Shown: one piece after another, positions 12,376 to 24,500 of the stretch
Position numbering within the stretch: the first letter of the stretch is position 1
Layout of the letters: each line of letters opens with the position of its first letter
Source of the DNA: Lingula anatina
Lineage: Eukaryota; Animalia; Brachiopoda
Assembly: GCA_051362555.1 (NCBI GenBank)
Contig: CM120644.1
Location: 4,658,954 to 4,722,953 of the forward strand
Length of the DNA: 64,000 nt
Reading direction: 5' to 3'
The notes under the pieces: generated by a model
Told to the model about the DNA's origin: nothing
Seen by the model: the letters and a program-made list of their open reading frames with translations, nothing else
Databases searched by the model: none
Position numbers and translations under genes: made by a program

Positions 12376-15300
12376 GAAAGGTCGAATATTGCTTTTCTGG
12401 AATTATGGTCAACTTCTTTGTATATAAGTCCAATATTTGAATTTTTAGCAGAAGATTTGATGGAGGAGGATGTGGCAAGCAGGGAAGAAGATGGAGACAA
12501 GGTGATAATTGAATTGCTTTATGTTAACAAATAACAGTAACAAATATAAGGACAGTTCAAGATAAACTTCACTTCTTTGTAAACATCTTGTTTGCAGAAA
12601 TGGGCACAACCTTTCAGAGTGAAATTCCTTATTTACTTTATCATTAAGTTTATTCAGTAAAGCAAAGTGGTGTTTCAGTGTAAACCAATTCTCAGGGAGT
12701 TTGTTTTTCCTCATAAAAAATTGAAATTCATTGGAAATTGATTGTGATTTTATTTCAGCTTGAGCCAACAGGCACCAAACACAGTGTAAACAGTTTATAC
12801 AGTGGCTGTGAAGGACCAGCACTAAGCATGCCCCCCGTCAAACAGCCCAAACTGCACGAGGGGGACTCTGTAGGCTTTGGGACCCCTCTGGGGCACATAG
12901 CCCCCACTGTAGACAGTCCCAAACAGCAGTGTGTCCAGGCAACTGATGACAGCCCCTATCCCAAGTTCATCAAAGAGGAAGTCTACAGCAGAGCCTTAAG
13001 GGGCACACAGCCCTGGGTTTATGAGAGCGAAGTGGCAAATAACCCCCAATCACCTTTTAACAAATTGGTGTCAGGGTAATTATTGAATGAGAAATGTTGA
13101 CTTTTTGAAGCTGATGATAGTTATGAATAGATATTTGTATTTGGCTTAAAACTTTATCTTTCACATTTCAATTAGTTAAAACTTTCTGAATTTTGAGTAT
13201 TATATAATTAGATAGGGGCAAATTTTAATTAGGTTAGAGCGCAACTAAGCTTGGACTATTGGGTAAACTGTAATTTGCACTGCAATAGCAACCAGTCATC
13301 AAGCAATAATGAAAATATATGATATTGTATTTCATTTAGGAAAGTTGTCTATTCAACTGCTGAAGGACTGTGCCAATACATGCATGACCTTGACCCATGT
13401 CATGTGACCTTGGGGATTATAGGGGCCATTGTTTGTGAGGTAATGCAGTGATATTACACCTGAAGACAATATACTAGATATCACATCACAATAATTGTTT
13501 CCAGTCATCCTATACTTAAGTAGCTGAATGCACGATGTATTTGGATTTTTTTAAGGACTTTGAAAAGAAATTCAATAAGTGATTGTTTGTTTTTGTTTGC
13601 TTTACCGGTTCATGCCCAGATCTATTGTACGTATGCAAAATCTACCATGTCTGTATTATATTGATAACATTATGACTCAAGCTATTGCATTAATATTCTA
13701 GAAAATAGCACAAGAAGTTGAGGACAGTTTTGATGAAGGTGTACATTATGAGCATGTAAAGGTGTTAGGAAAGGGCAGCTACGGTTGCGTCAGCCTGTGT
13801 TGCACGCTTAGTGACAAAAAACGCACAGAATTTGTGAAGAAAGAGGTAATTCAAAACCTTTAACTGGATTTTCTGTTGTTTGGAGTTATATTTCATGTTT
13901 TTGTCTTTAAGAAATGTTTAACATGCATCTATTAACATAACTATAACATAAATCATACTTTGAAATGTCACTGTGATAATTGTTTATTTATTGTTATTAT
14001 CATACTTTCTAATGTGGAGTTTTATTTTTTATTGCAGGTGTTTAACAAGGCAAAGTTTCGCGGGAGCGAAGTTGTCGTGCCTCTCCAAATCTTACACAGA
14101 AACATACCCCAAGTTTACGGGTTTATCAACACTCCAGAGAACTATTATATACTCCAAGAGTATTCAGGTAGGAAAAGTTTGAAACACACCTACATACACA
14201 TATCTATATCAATTACTCACTATTTGAATGAAAAGTTGGTCTTCGGATGACATGCTACAGCTCCTTACCAGCAGCTTAAAAGATACTTGTAGGATATATA
14301 CATATATTTTTAAAAATTCTTCCCACCAACACAACATTAGATTAAAATTTCAATTGTCAGCATTTTTCTGGTTGTGACCCAATTATCTTAGGTGAATACT
14401 ATCAAAGATTAAACTTAGACAAGCAGTGTATTATTATTATTATTTTTTTTTTTTTTTTTGCTGATGGCACCTGTTATTTTTATAGTATAAACATAGCATT
14501 TTTCTATTTTCTTTTTTTAATTCTCATCTTTCATTATTTTTAACTAACCTCAGGAGGGCCATGAGAAAGATTAATTTTATATTTTTCTGTTTTTACCCTA
14601 AGTAAATAAAGTTCAAAAGAAATATTTGATGTTTATGAATGGTAATTTTTTTCTTATTCAGGGTGTAACCTGACCCAGTTCTTACTATCGAATGAAATGG
14701 ATGAAATTGAAATCAAGGAAGTCACTGTCCAGTTGTTGGATGTAGTGGCGTATTTACACAGCTTTAATATCTATCACAGGGACATCAAAGGTAACATCTG
14801 TGTGATTGTTATAAAGATGCTCAAATATTAGAAATATATTAGATTTCCTGAAAGCTACTTTTTCTCCCCAAGGTGCATGAAATATTCATATTATTTAACA
14901 TGATCTGTGAAACACCCCATTTTGCGACTTGTGAAAGTGACTTCTTCTTATTCTTTATCCTTTGCGAAATGAAGTCGTTATCCCAAGTGATTTGTGATTT
15001 TCAATTCACATTTTCAATATGATATGAATTTTTATTTACTGTGAATTATCATCACTGCCTCCCTCCCCAGTGGGACCCTCTCTTTTGACAATTCTGTATT
15101 GAAAAATACTTTGTAATCATCTCATTGTGATTGACTCCTTTTATTGCAACTTCTTTTCACAGATATTAGAGGTATGGATGCCATCTTGTCATACCACTAA
15201 CAGAAAAGTTATTTTGTTTCCTTTCAGCTGATACATTGTTGCATTTAAAAAAACAACTGTCACATTGTTTCCTTCTCAGCTGACAACATTGGTGTTCGGC

Positions 15301-17111
15301 CTGGACTGGATGGATACGGCCTAAGAATTAAGTTGCTGGACTTCGGTGCTTGCATTACGCCCCAGGACAGTCCAGACCTGTTGGGACTGACCGCTGCCCA
15401 CTGCTCCCCTGAACTGTGCACTGTGCTGGTCAAGGTGTTTCTTGGGTGAGTACTTGTCTGACTCCATCACTGAAATCAGATGTAGCCAGTGTTTGCCTCT
15501 TAGGAAAATTAGTTGCTGGACCGAAAGTCCAGCCATCTTGAAAAGTAGCTGGACTGAATGTCTGCCGGGTGGGAAAACTTCTCAGCCCGTTCTGAAAGTG
15601 GTCAACCCCGGGCAGACGGTCCAGCCTTAATTTCTAACCCTGGATGTAGCCCAATAGTCCCTTATCTCTAGTGGACAAAGTTAAATGATAAAATCTCAAC
15701 CTAATTTTCCTGTTGTTCTGTCCAGTGTCTACTTGGGCTGGTCAAGGTAAAAGTACTGCATGGTTCTGCCCTTCACAGACTGATGTTAAATTATTTAAAC
15801 AAACGTTCAACAAAAAATTGTAATGCTTCATCTCATGGTAAATTGACAAAACCTGATTGACTTTCAGTGTCTTGTTTAATTTAATGGGGGGGGGAGCATC
15901 AAACAAAAAATTCAGATCTATTATCATTCTTGACAGTGATCATGGACAACTTGTTATTCCAGCAAGCAAGCGTGTGAAGACCTGCTGTGTCGGGTAGACT
16001 GGGGGAAAGTGGATACGTACGCTGTGGGCTGTACTGTCCTCCACATGTACAAGAAGAAACATATCTTCTATGAAAAGATGAAAAGTTTTCCAGAAGAGAA
16101 AAATACAAAAGAGCTGCTGAAATATGTAAGTGCGGGCTGTGTTTTTATTTTGACAAAATTTTTGTCTTATGTTAAATCACAATTTTGTCGTCAAGCAAAA
16201 AGTTGCTATGGCTCTAGTATCTGAGGAAGTTGGAAATTATTAACCAATAATAACACTACTTGCTTCATAGATTGTAAAAAAATTCACTTTCAATTTTTTT
16301 TCTCCTCAGAAAATGAAATTATGAAGAAATAAAAAAAATGGAGAGAAAATGAATCCTTAAGCAATCATTTTACTTTTTTCCCAAAGGTTTCAGAATATCC
16401 CAGAGCATGTCTTCAAGAGATCCCGGATGTGTGCGTGGGAGAGATGAGGGGTCTATTGGAGGACTTGATGTCAGTGGTCACCAGCAGGGTCACACCTAAA
16501 GATGCTCTCCGACACCGAGCACTGGCTATGTGTACGTGTTTAAGCTTCTTTGAATTTATATCTGATTTTAATTTTTTTTTTTTTTTTTTCATGATTCAAG
16601 TGCATGATATATCGTGGAGTTTTTTGTAAGGCGATTTGACTTGTAAGCAAGTTCATTAAGAAAATTAGCAGATATAAGGCATTTTTGGGATTTTATGTTT
16701 CAGTAAAAAAAAAATAGTACCTCAAAGCAGTGATCACCTTTTTCTTTTAAATCACACATTTTTTGAGTTTTGATTTTTATTTGCCAATAAGTGTTATTTC
16801 TTTTCTTATTGTTTTTAGTTGTTAAAAGTGGCAATGGCAATAGTCAAGTTAGACCAGCATCCAGCTCATCATTCACCAGAGCACCATCTACCAATGTGTT
16901 GCTGCACAATGGAGCACAGCCCCAAGCTACAAGGATTGAAAGTTGCACCAAGATGGAGGAAGGAGGCATCCCAGATTTTGGAGCTCTGCTGAATTTCGAC
17001 AGCTGTGAAGATCAAATGGATGAAGACACTGGGCAATGTGACAGCAGCAGTTCCAATGACAGCAGAGATATGGATGAAGAAGATATGGAGAGTGACAGTG
17101 ATCATGAGTAG
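8372..17111 (+). CDS. Divergent MAP3K8(Tpl2)/MAP3K14(NIK)-like Ser/Thr protein kinase, ~979 aa, 16 coding exons
   Basis: Phase-consistent GT-AG exons: 8372-8387, 9974-10579, 10842-10904, 10964-11079, 11356-11713, 11975-12115, 12449-12501, 12759-13075, 13340-13439, 13702-13845, 14038-14167, 14662-14790, 15280-15445, 15963-16125, 16387-16531, 16819-17111 (2940 nt). Motifs LGKGSYG, FVKKE, FRGSEV..HRNIPQVYG, HRDIKADN, DFG, SPE, KVDTYAVG. Long acidic N-terminus and acidic tail. Subfamily inferred from recalled resemblance of the alphaC region to Tpl2/NIK. Confidence 0.85.
8911..8967. repeat. (TA)n microsatellite
   Basis: Directly visible. Confidence 0.95.
12285..12375. repeat. A15-(TA)n-T18 compound, self-complementary microsatellite in a kinase intron
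   Basis: Poly-A 12285-12299, TA run to ~12358, poly-T to 12375. Confidence 0.9.
15487..15642. mobile_element. hAT-type MITE in a kinase intron
   Basis: 8-bp TSD GATGTAGC (15479-15486, 15643-15650); CAG...CTG termini (CAGTGTTT / revcomp CAGGGTTA). Confidence 0.8.
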
Positions 17112-18340
17112 ATGAACTTGAGGACATGTTTGTCTGTGGCTGGTGTCACAATTGGCTGTGTTGATAGTAAAATGTGTGAAAACTGGAAACAGAACATCAC
17201 CAGTTAAACATTTGTGACTTAATATGTATATATAGTTATGACTGTAAATATCTGAGTTTATTGTGTACATATTATGTAAGATAAAAGTGCAATGTATTTG
17301 TGGAATTTTTAAAATGATGCATGAATTTTAACATTCCCATGTGTAAATATATTACTGAAATCAGTGCCATATTACAAATATTATTTAATATATATGCTTA
17401 TAAAAAATAAATGACGGATGCAGAGTTTTGCTTTTGTTGAAATTGATTTTTCTACAAATTGACAGAATTATTTGGTTTGAATTAGGGCCATAGATATTTT
17501 ACTGCCTCCCACCCAGGTTGTGCCACCTCTTGGTTCAGGCATTTAACGAAGGTAATTTACGCGTGTACACATTGGTAACTAAAACGCGATAATTTTGACA
17601 TTTCTTGGCTGATACAACTTTGGAAATGCAATGAAACCAGTAGTGTACTGTGCCACAGTTGGAAATTTATCTATTTTCGCTGCCAACTTCTAACCCATCA
17701 GTTTAAGAAAGAGAAAAATGAGAGGTTATTAATATCATTATTCACTATTACTTGCGAAAAATCTTCAAATCAGTAAATTTCATTTAAAAGAAATTAAATA
17801 AAGAAATAATTACAATAAATATATAAAGCTTTTCCTTCCCAATAAATGTCTTAACATCCCATTGCGTAGCCCCTTAGTGAACTACGACAGCCCATAAATG
17901 ACATCTGCTGAAATATGAAAAGGGGAACAATTTAGACAAACCCTTTATAATAGCTTCTGTCACTTGTAACCCGTTCCTCAACAAGGTGTACTGTTAGGCA
18001 TTGGAGTTAAGTGAATTGTATTATATCATGTAATTGTTGTCCAGATGTTATTGAAAGAATTACCATTATTCTTTCTAATAGATCAACTAATTTATTTTAA
18101 TTATACCTACTACTTTTCCTCAAAATCAGTATTTTAAAATACACGAAGAAAGCTAAAAAAGATATGTCTTCAGGATCATAGTTTTCACATTAAATAGCGG
18201 CAATAAATTTACCAGGCCCATTGGACTGTGGTATCCAGGGTTCTCTGTTATGTCTTGGAATTCTTGCTTGCAGTTACATAAATGTTTATTATATCAAATG
18301 TGTTATAGTTCGCAAGTGTTTGCTCTATGAGCAATTCCAC

Positions 18341-18382
<42 letters not shown>
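18341..18382. repeat. (TAT)n microsatellite
   Basis: Directly visible. Confidence 0.9.
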
Positions 18383-18383
<1 letters not shown>

Positions 18384-19633
18384 TTGCTGACGAAAAGCAT
18401 ACTTAAAAACTTAGAGAAACAATTTCTTGGTATATACTACAGATACACAGAACAACTCCTTGCTCTCATACATGATTGCTGATATACTGTACATGAAATT
18501 TTTCTTTGCAGTCAGACAAAATAAATGCTTGTAGCTAAGATTCAAGCATAATCATTTCAAAGACTTTAAAAATAATGACGAAAGATCAAATTCTTGCTTA
18601 CCTACTGCCCTAGCCCAAAAATAATTTTAAAAAGTTGAGATGTTTAGGTCAGACCATAATAACACAGAAATCTAAAATCTTAAAAAGGATCAAAGCATTC
18701 AGAGGAACTTTCTGACACACTAAACAGTAACAAAATAGCAAATATAATTATTCTAATGTTTATTTGCAACTAAAACAGTTGGATTGTACTTTAATGTTAT
18801 TTGTTTCATTCACTAAATATAATAAGACAAATAAAACTGTTAACTCAAAGTGTTAAAATAAAATGAAAACTTGGTACTGCGAGGATATTTATAACTACAT
18901 TAAGAGTAATTAAAAAGTTTTAAAGGATTCTGTGCACATGGTATAAATGTCTTTGATGATATAATTATAGTTCTCCAATATGGTATGGTATACTCTTGAG
19001 ATCAATGCAGAGTATACTGGTATTACATTTCTTATTTGTTCAACTAGTAGATAGTGTTTTTTATCTTTGCCCATATTGTGGAGTCATGTTTTCAATAGTT
19101 CTAAAGAGGCACCAAATGCCTGGAGTTTCTTGTCTGAAGAGGAACCAACAACCCTGATAGACAATTACAGCATAAAGCAGTATCAAACAGCAGTATACAT
19201 GTATACCCAAGAGGTACTCAATTATTTTAATAATATATAAAAAAAAAGTTAAAAAAAGAACAACTAAATACAGATCGACACAAAATAATTTTTATTTCCA
19301 ATGATTCTTATCCATAATTATTTTTCGAAGAGTAACAGATTTGAACTTACAGGAGTACTTTCTGTTTTATGACTGCATTTAGCAATTAGCCTACGAGAGA
19401 AATTTAGAAGGAGCACATTTTCCTTTTAACAATCAATATGGATGGATAGATTTTATATATGAATATGAATATTTGTTTCACATAGTAGGAAACAGGCTCG
19501 TGCATAATTAATATCTAAATAGCTTAGTCACTTATACAAAACATATACTTGTAGTGTGATGCTAGCGTATGATCAGTGCTGTGAACAGTTGACTCGGCAT
19601 TAAGACCGCACATAGCTTATGATTATGAAACAC

Positions 19634-19636
<3 letters not shown>

Positions 19637-19689
<53 letters not shown>
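19637..19689. repeat. (TA)n microsatellite
   Basis: Directly visible. Confidence 0.95.
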
Positions 19690-19690
<1 letters not shown>

Positions 19691-20020
19691 TGGTACATTT
19701 CTATATATGTAATTTTGGTGCTATTCATCTATGTATTTTATTATTATTATTAACATCATAATCATTGTTGCTATAACTTTATCTCTGTACATTTTCACCA
19801 GCTCAGTGTGGTGCAGAAAGTATGAATAAAGCGTATTTATAACTTTTCATCAGAATCAATGTCTTTAGCAACTTGGTCAAAGCTTAAATTCTAATGTTAG
19901 ACAACACTTAAATATTAGTAAGGCAACTTCGTCATCTGATAAGCCATGTGTGCGGTACATATGTCCATCCTATGCCATTTAATTTTACCAGCTAATTTTC
20001 GGTCTGTATCATTCTTAATA

Positions 20021-20850
20021 ATAATAGACTTGTGAAGATTCTTTTGTCTATAGCTATTTATATTAGTTTGATCTTACCATCCAATATTTCATCTGCTTGC
20101 AGTCAGATTTCATCAGGGAATGAGGTTGTGACAGGTATGACAACCTGTCTACCTATATTTATAACTACATTAAGAGTAATAAAAAAAGTTTTTATATAGT
20201 ACCTGCAGTACTACCTTACATGAAAGGGGTTAGTGAAAAGCTAAAAAGAGCATTCAGAAAAAGGAAATGTAGTATTACACCATAAGGCAGGACAGACACT
20301 AAGAGGCATCCTAGTATCCCCAGAGGACAAATTAGACCCAGGAGAACAGTGTGGAGTTGTATACCAGTGTGAGTGTCAGGTGTGTGGAGAGAAATGCATC
20401 GGAGAGACAGGACGTTCCTTAACTGAAAGAATCGCTGAACATCAAAAATCGATCAAAAAACATGATAACAAATCTGCCCTCAGCCAACACCAGGAACAGA
20501 CAGGGCATTGTATAACATCAACAACCATAGAAGACATAATAATCTTGGAAAGAGAGCCACGAGATCTACACCGGAAAGTTCTTGAAGCAATTAACATCCG
20601 CTTACATGGGGCCAAGTTGAATCGGAATGATGGGACTGAGCTACCCAACCTCTACCTACCACTCCTAAGGGAGGGGCAGGCAAGGGGGGGGGGGTCTGAC
20701 CAAATAGCACACCAGAGGGGGTGACAGGTTGTCATACCTGTCACAACCTCATTCCCTGATGAAATCTGACTGCAAGCAGATGAAATATTGGATGGTAAGA
20801 TCAAACTAATATAAATAGCTATAGACAAAAGAATCTTCACAAGTCTATTA
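20021..20850 (+). mobile_element. 5'-truncated Penelope-like retroelement (GIY-YIG endonuclease end) with inverted pLTR
   Basis: 20199-20724 encodes (one frameshift) LPYMKGVSEKLKRAF..GVVYQCECQVCGEKCIGETGRSLTERIAEH..SALSQH..GH..RKVLEAINI..LNRNDG, the PLE GIY-YIG with CCHH insert. 20021-20149 is the reverse complement of ~20723-20850. Confidence 0.9.
20750..20818 (+). ncRNA. Putative hammerhead ribozyme in the Penelope pLTR (antisense copy at ~20055-20122)
   Basis: CTGATGA (20756-20762), stem II ATCTG/CAGAT, GAAA (20782-20785), stem III TATTGG/CTAATA followed by UA (20812-20813). Stem I pairing is short. Confidence 0.6.
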
Positions 20851-21549
20851 TAATAACATAGCTAATGAAACTGTTCTACATTCTAAATAATGTTTGCTGA
20901 ATGAAGCTGGATTTTATATATAATATTGTTGGATACTTTTTTCAATTCGTCCAACTGAGGTGCAATCACTACATCCACATCATGGTTGGCGAGAACACTT
21001 GGTGATACTCAGGAGCGGATCCAGAGATATTTTCTGACAGTCTTCCTTTGTTGATCTTTGTTGATCCATCCTCCATTTTTGACTGTCTTCCGAAAGAAAA
21101 AATTAAATACCCGTCAATGTAAACTTGAAAATCTGACCGTCTTCCGGAAGACCCAGAAGACGGCCGAAATCCGCCCCTGATACTAAAAAACGACAGCAGA
21201 TCGAGACCAAGATTAATGTGTCTTATGGTCAATGGGACCAGTAAACTTGACAATTGAATTGAACAATTCTATTTGTGTTATATCTAGAAAGATAACACTT
21301 TTATCAATACCAAGGGATAATAGGGATTTCATATGATACTAACAATGTTTTTAAGAATAGCGATTATCTGACAATGGTAACTGAGGTGTGAAATTAAGGG
21401 AACTTACAGAGTTGTTATCCCATGAAGTCCCCCGACAAAAACATTTACAAATTAGCACCAACCACATTTACTGCATCAACTGCAAATAGCCAGGAATAAC
21501 AAAACCAACCTACATGCAGTCCGATGCAGCTATGTCCCCAACTATGTCT

Positions 21550-24500
21550 TCAGAAATCATTCTTATGCACCTGTGTCACGTATCTTGTATAACGGATAGG
21601 AGGGTACGTGTCCGATCCGTCAAGAGGTTTCACAATCGTACAACTATCAGGGTCAGTAAAATAGACCAAACTCCTACGCGTGTTCCTCTTATCGGAAGGG
21701 GTAACTCGGTGAAGCTAAAAAAAAAAAGATAAAGCAAGTGTGACTCTGTCATGTTCAGAGCAGTTTTATTTTAACATCAGGACGCTGATCCACATGTCTT
21801 CTAAATTGCCCCTCTCACAACACAGACACTCACACACACACACACGCACACACTCTATAACCAATTTCTCTGTCACTTCAGAAAACAAATGATCAGCAAA
21901 CTGATAAAAAAAACATTAAACAATTAAACTAATACAGCAACAGTCCGAAAAGCGAAGCTGGACAAAATGCAGAAGTAAGTTATCACCGCACCAGTGTGTC
22001 ACATAGAACAGAGGCAGGGTCGTAAATAATGCAAATAACTAAAACTTGGAGCGCATTCAGAACAGATAATCCACGGACTATCTGAACCGCCGACCATATA
22101 TGGCCGACCCAACTTAAAAGCGATGCCGCTTATTCCCCGAATGCCCCCTTGCCTCTACACGCGCAGTCACTGTGGGGGCCTATATAGAAATTAAACCTAG
22201 AAGCCGATGTTAAATTCGCTTAATGGCGTGGGTGGAGGCGGGGGAGACCACCAGGGAATTAGTGACATTGCTTTTAGGTGGGTCCACCATATTAAGTCAG
22301 CGGATATGTAAGTCCGCTGATCCATGGCCACTTGTTCTGAATACACTCTTGGACCCCATTCCCACTGATATTTAGATCGATCTATCCCCCTGGGGTGTCT
22401 CACTAGTTTGGTGTCAGCTTAACCGGCTGAAATGTCTGTCCCGCCTACCAAAAGCTGTAAGGGGGTATAATTAAGTGTTGTGAGCGCTCGGTTGACAGCA
22501 ATTTAGCGTGAACCCCCAGGGAGTTAGGTCGATCCAGATGGATCTATCTAAATCTTTGAGAATGCAGTCTTGGACTCACCGTGGCCTTCAGTCTGTCCGA
22601 GGTCCATCTGGGCATCATGTCATCCAAGATGACCACTATGGTACCAGGTATAGGTGTGGCTGGTTTGTACTCTCCATCCACTGTCTGCACCTGCAGGGAA
22701 AGTTGGTTCAAATTTGACATGCAGATGGGAGGTGAAAATAATATAATAGTATGTTTTTTATTCTTAAAACCGCACGGCAAAGTGCTGTTTACATAAAATC
22801 TTCAATAACAAAGATAAAAACTAATACATCAATATATGAAGTGGTAAAAGCTAAAACAGGCATATTTAGCAAAAGCTAATAATAATAATAATAACATGTT
22901 GAATTGTGAAGTTAATAATATGTTAAGTTAAGTTAAAACATGCTAAATGTACATTCATTATTTTTCTTCCCTTCACAGAATGACACTAGATCTACCGTTG
23001 CAACTTATAGGCCTACTACCAAATCCAGCAGATCGTCACAACCAGGGGCGTATAATTTAAACTGCCCTTCATCTTTTGCGTAAGTCGATCTACATTTAGC
23101 TATACCTGGGAATTTTAAAATTCTGTGCGTACAATTTTAAAAGGTCTGGTTAAATTATATGTGCCAAATATAATAGCTTAGTTTTCACCGTTTATAAAAT
23201 CATTAATTAAAGTTTAAAATATTCCCTCAATATAATTAAGTTCCAGTAAATTATTTCACCCAGAACCAACGCTTTTTCCGGGATTGGGGTACAGGCCATA
23301 CATAATTGCCATCTTCAAAATTTCAGGGCCTCAAACTTTTCCAAAAGCCGTGAGCGGGGGTGGGGGTGGGGTAAAAATTAATGGAATCTTTTTTTAATAA
23401 TAAATTTCATTGGGAAAGAGGGTTAAAAATAATTGATACCGATCTCCCGTCACGCTCTTCCACGAAAGAACGCCCTTGTATGAATATAAAAATTGCCTTC
23501 TCGTCTCGCTCGGATCGCGAACGATCTCTGGCTGACGATCTTCTGCGAACGAAGTCCATTGAACGAATGTGAAAATTGCTTTCTCTTTTCGCTCAGATCA
23601 TGCTCGATCTCCTGCTGAAGATACGAAAATTGGCTTCTCATCTCGCTGCGGTCGGTAACTATCTCTTGTTCCCGATCCTCGGTTAAAGCAATAATAACTC
23701 TTCGTTTCGGCCAAAAAATGAATTTTCCTGGAGTAAACAACAATTTTCCCATACTTACCAATGGTTAATGAATCCATTTTTACATTCAAAGTTAGTCCCT
23801 GGTTTTTTTCTAAAAAGTTTGGTTTTTTGTTAAAATCTCTTAAGAGATTTTAACAGAGTATAGACATCAATGGAGGTCACGTGGTCTAAAGACAAGTTCA
23901 AATATCAGAATAAAAGCTATAACTGCTGTTTTTGTGGTAAATCAGAATATATTATATTTCTATGAGTTATTCACAAGGTTTTTATTGTGAAATATAGGTC
24001 TCATACGAAGAGTTATTATCCCTTTAACGAAGTCTCTTGAACAAATATGAAAATTGCCTTCTCGTCTCTTTCGGATTGCGAACAATCTCTCGCCGAAGAT
24101 ATAAAAATTGCCTTTCTTATGTATTAGCTTTGTCAGGTGTCATACGTATAAAGATCCGAAAGGTGTCCCCTTTCACAATTTGGCGGCAAGTTAGGTCATA
24201 TATCATTTAGGGCCTACACGTGTTTTGTACCGAATGTAGATCATTCTTGTCACTTCTGCATTATATATTTAAAAGTCAATGGAAACATTTTATTGTGTTT
24301 TGTAAGCTTTAGGTAGTAGTTACTTCGTGACTGAAAAACAGCGTGCACTACAAAGTAGTATAATATTCATACGTCAAATTACTGCAATGGATTTTCATAC
24401 GACGTCCACAGCTGCCCCGACAAGTCAAGACTTTTTTAATCGTAAGCCATCCAGCCTTCTAAATTTGAAAACATAGGCCGTCCAGTGATGACAGCGGCCG

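Noticed and set aside
6460-24023. A 17.5-kb giant transposon carrying the kinase, bounded by inverted ~170-bp repeats
   Set aside because: Each repeat is a complete MITE with its own TIRs and TTAA pair. Copy 2 interrupts a minisatellite that continues on both sides and lies inside an oxygenase intron, so these are independent insertions.
23488-24115. CRISPR-like array
   Set aside because: Units are degenerate tandem repeats without unique spacers, the context is eukaryotic, and no cas genes are present.
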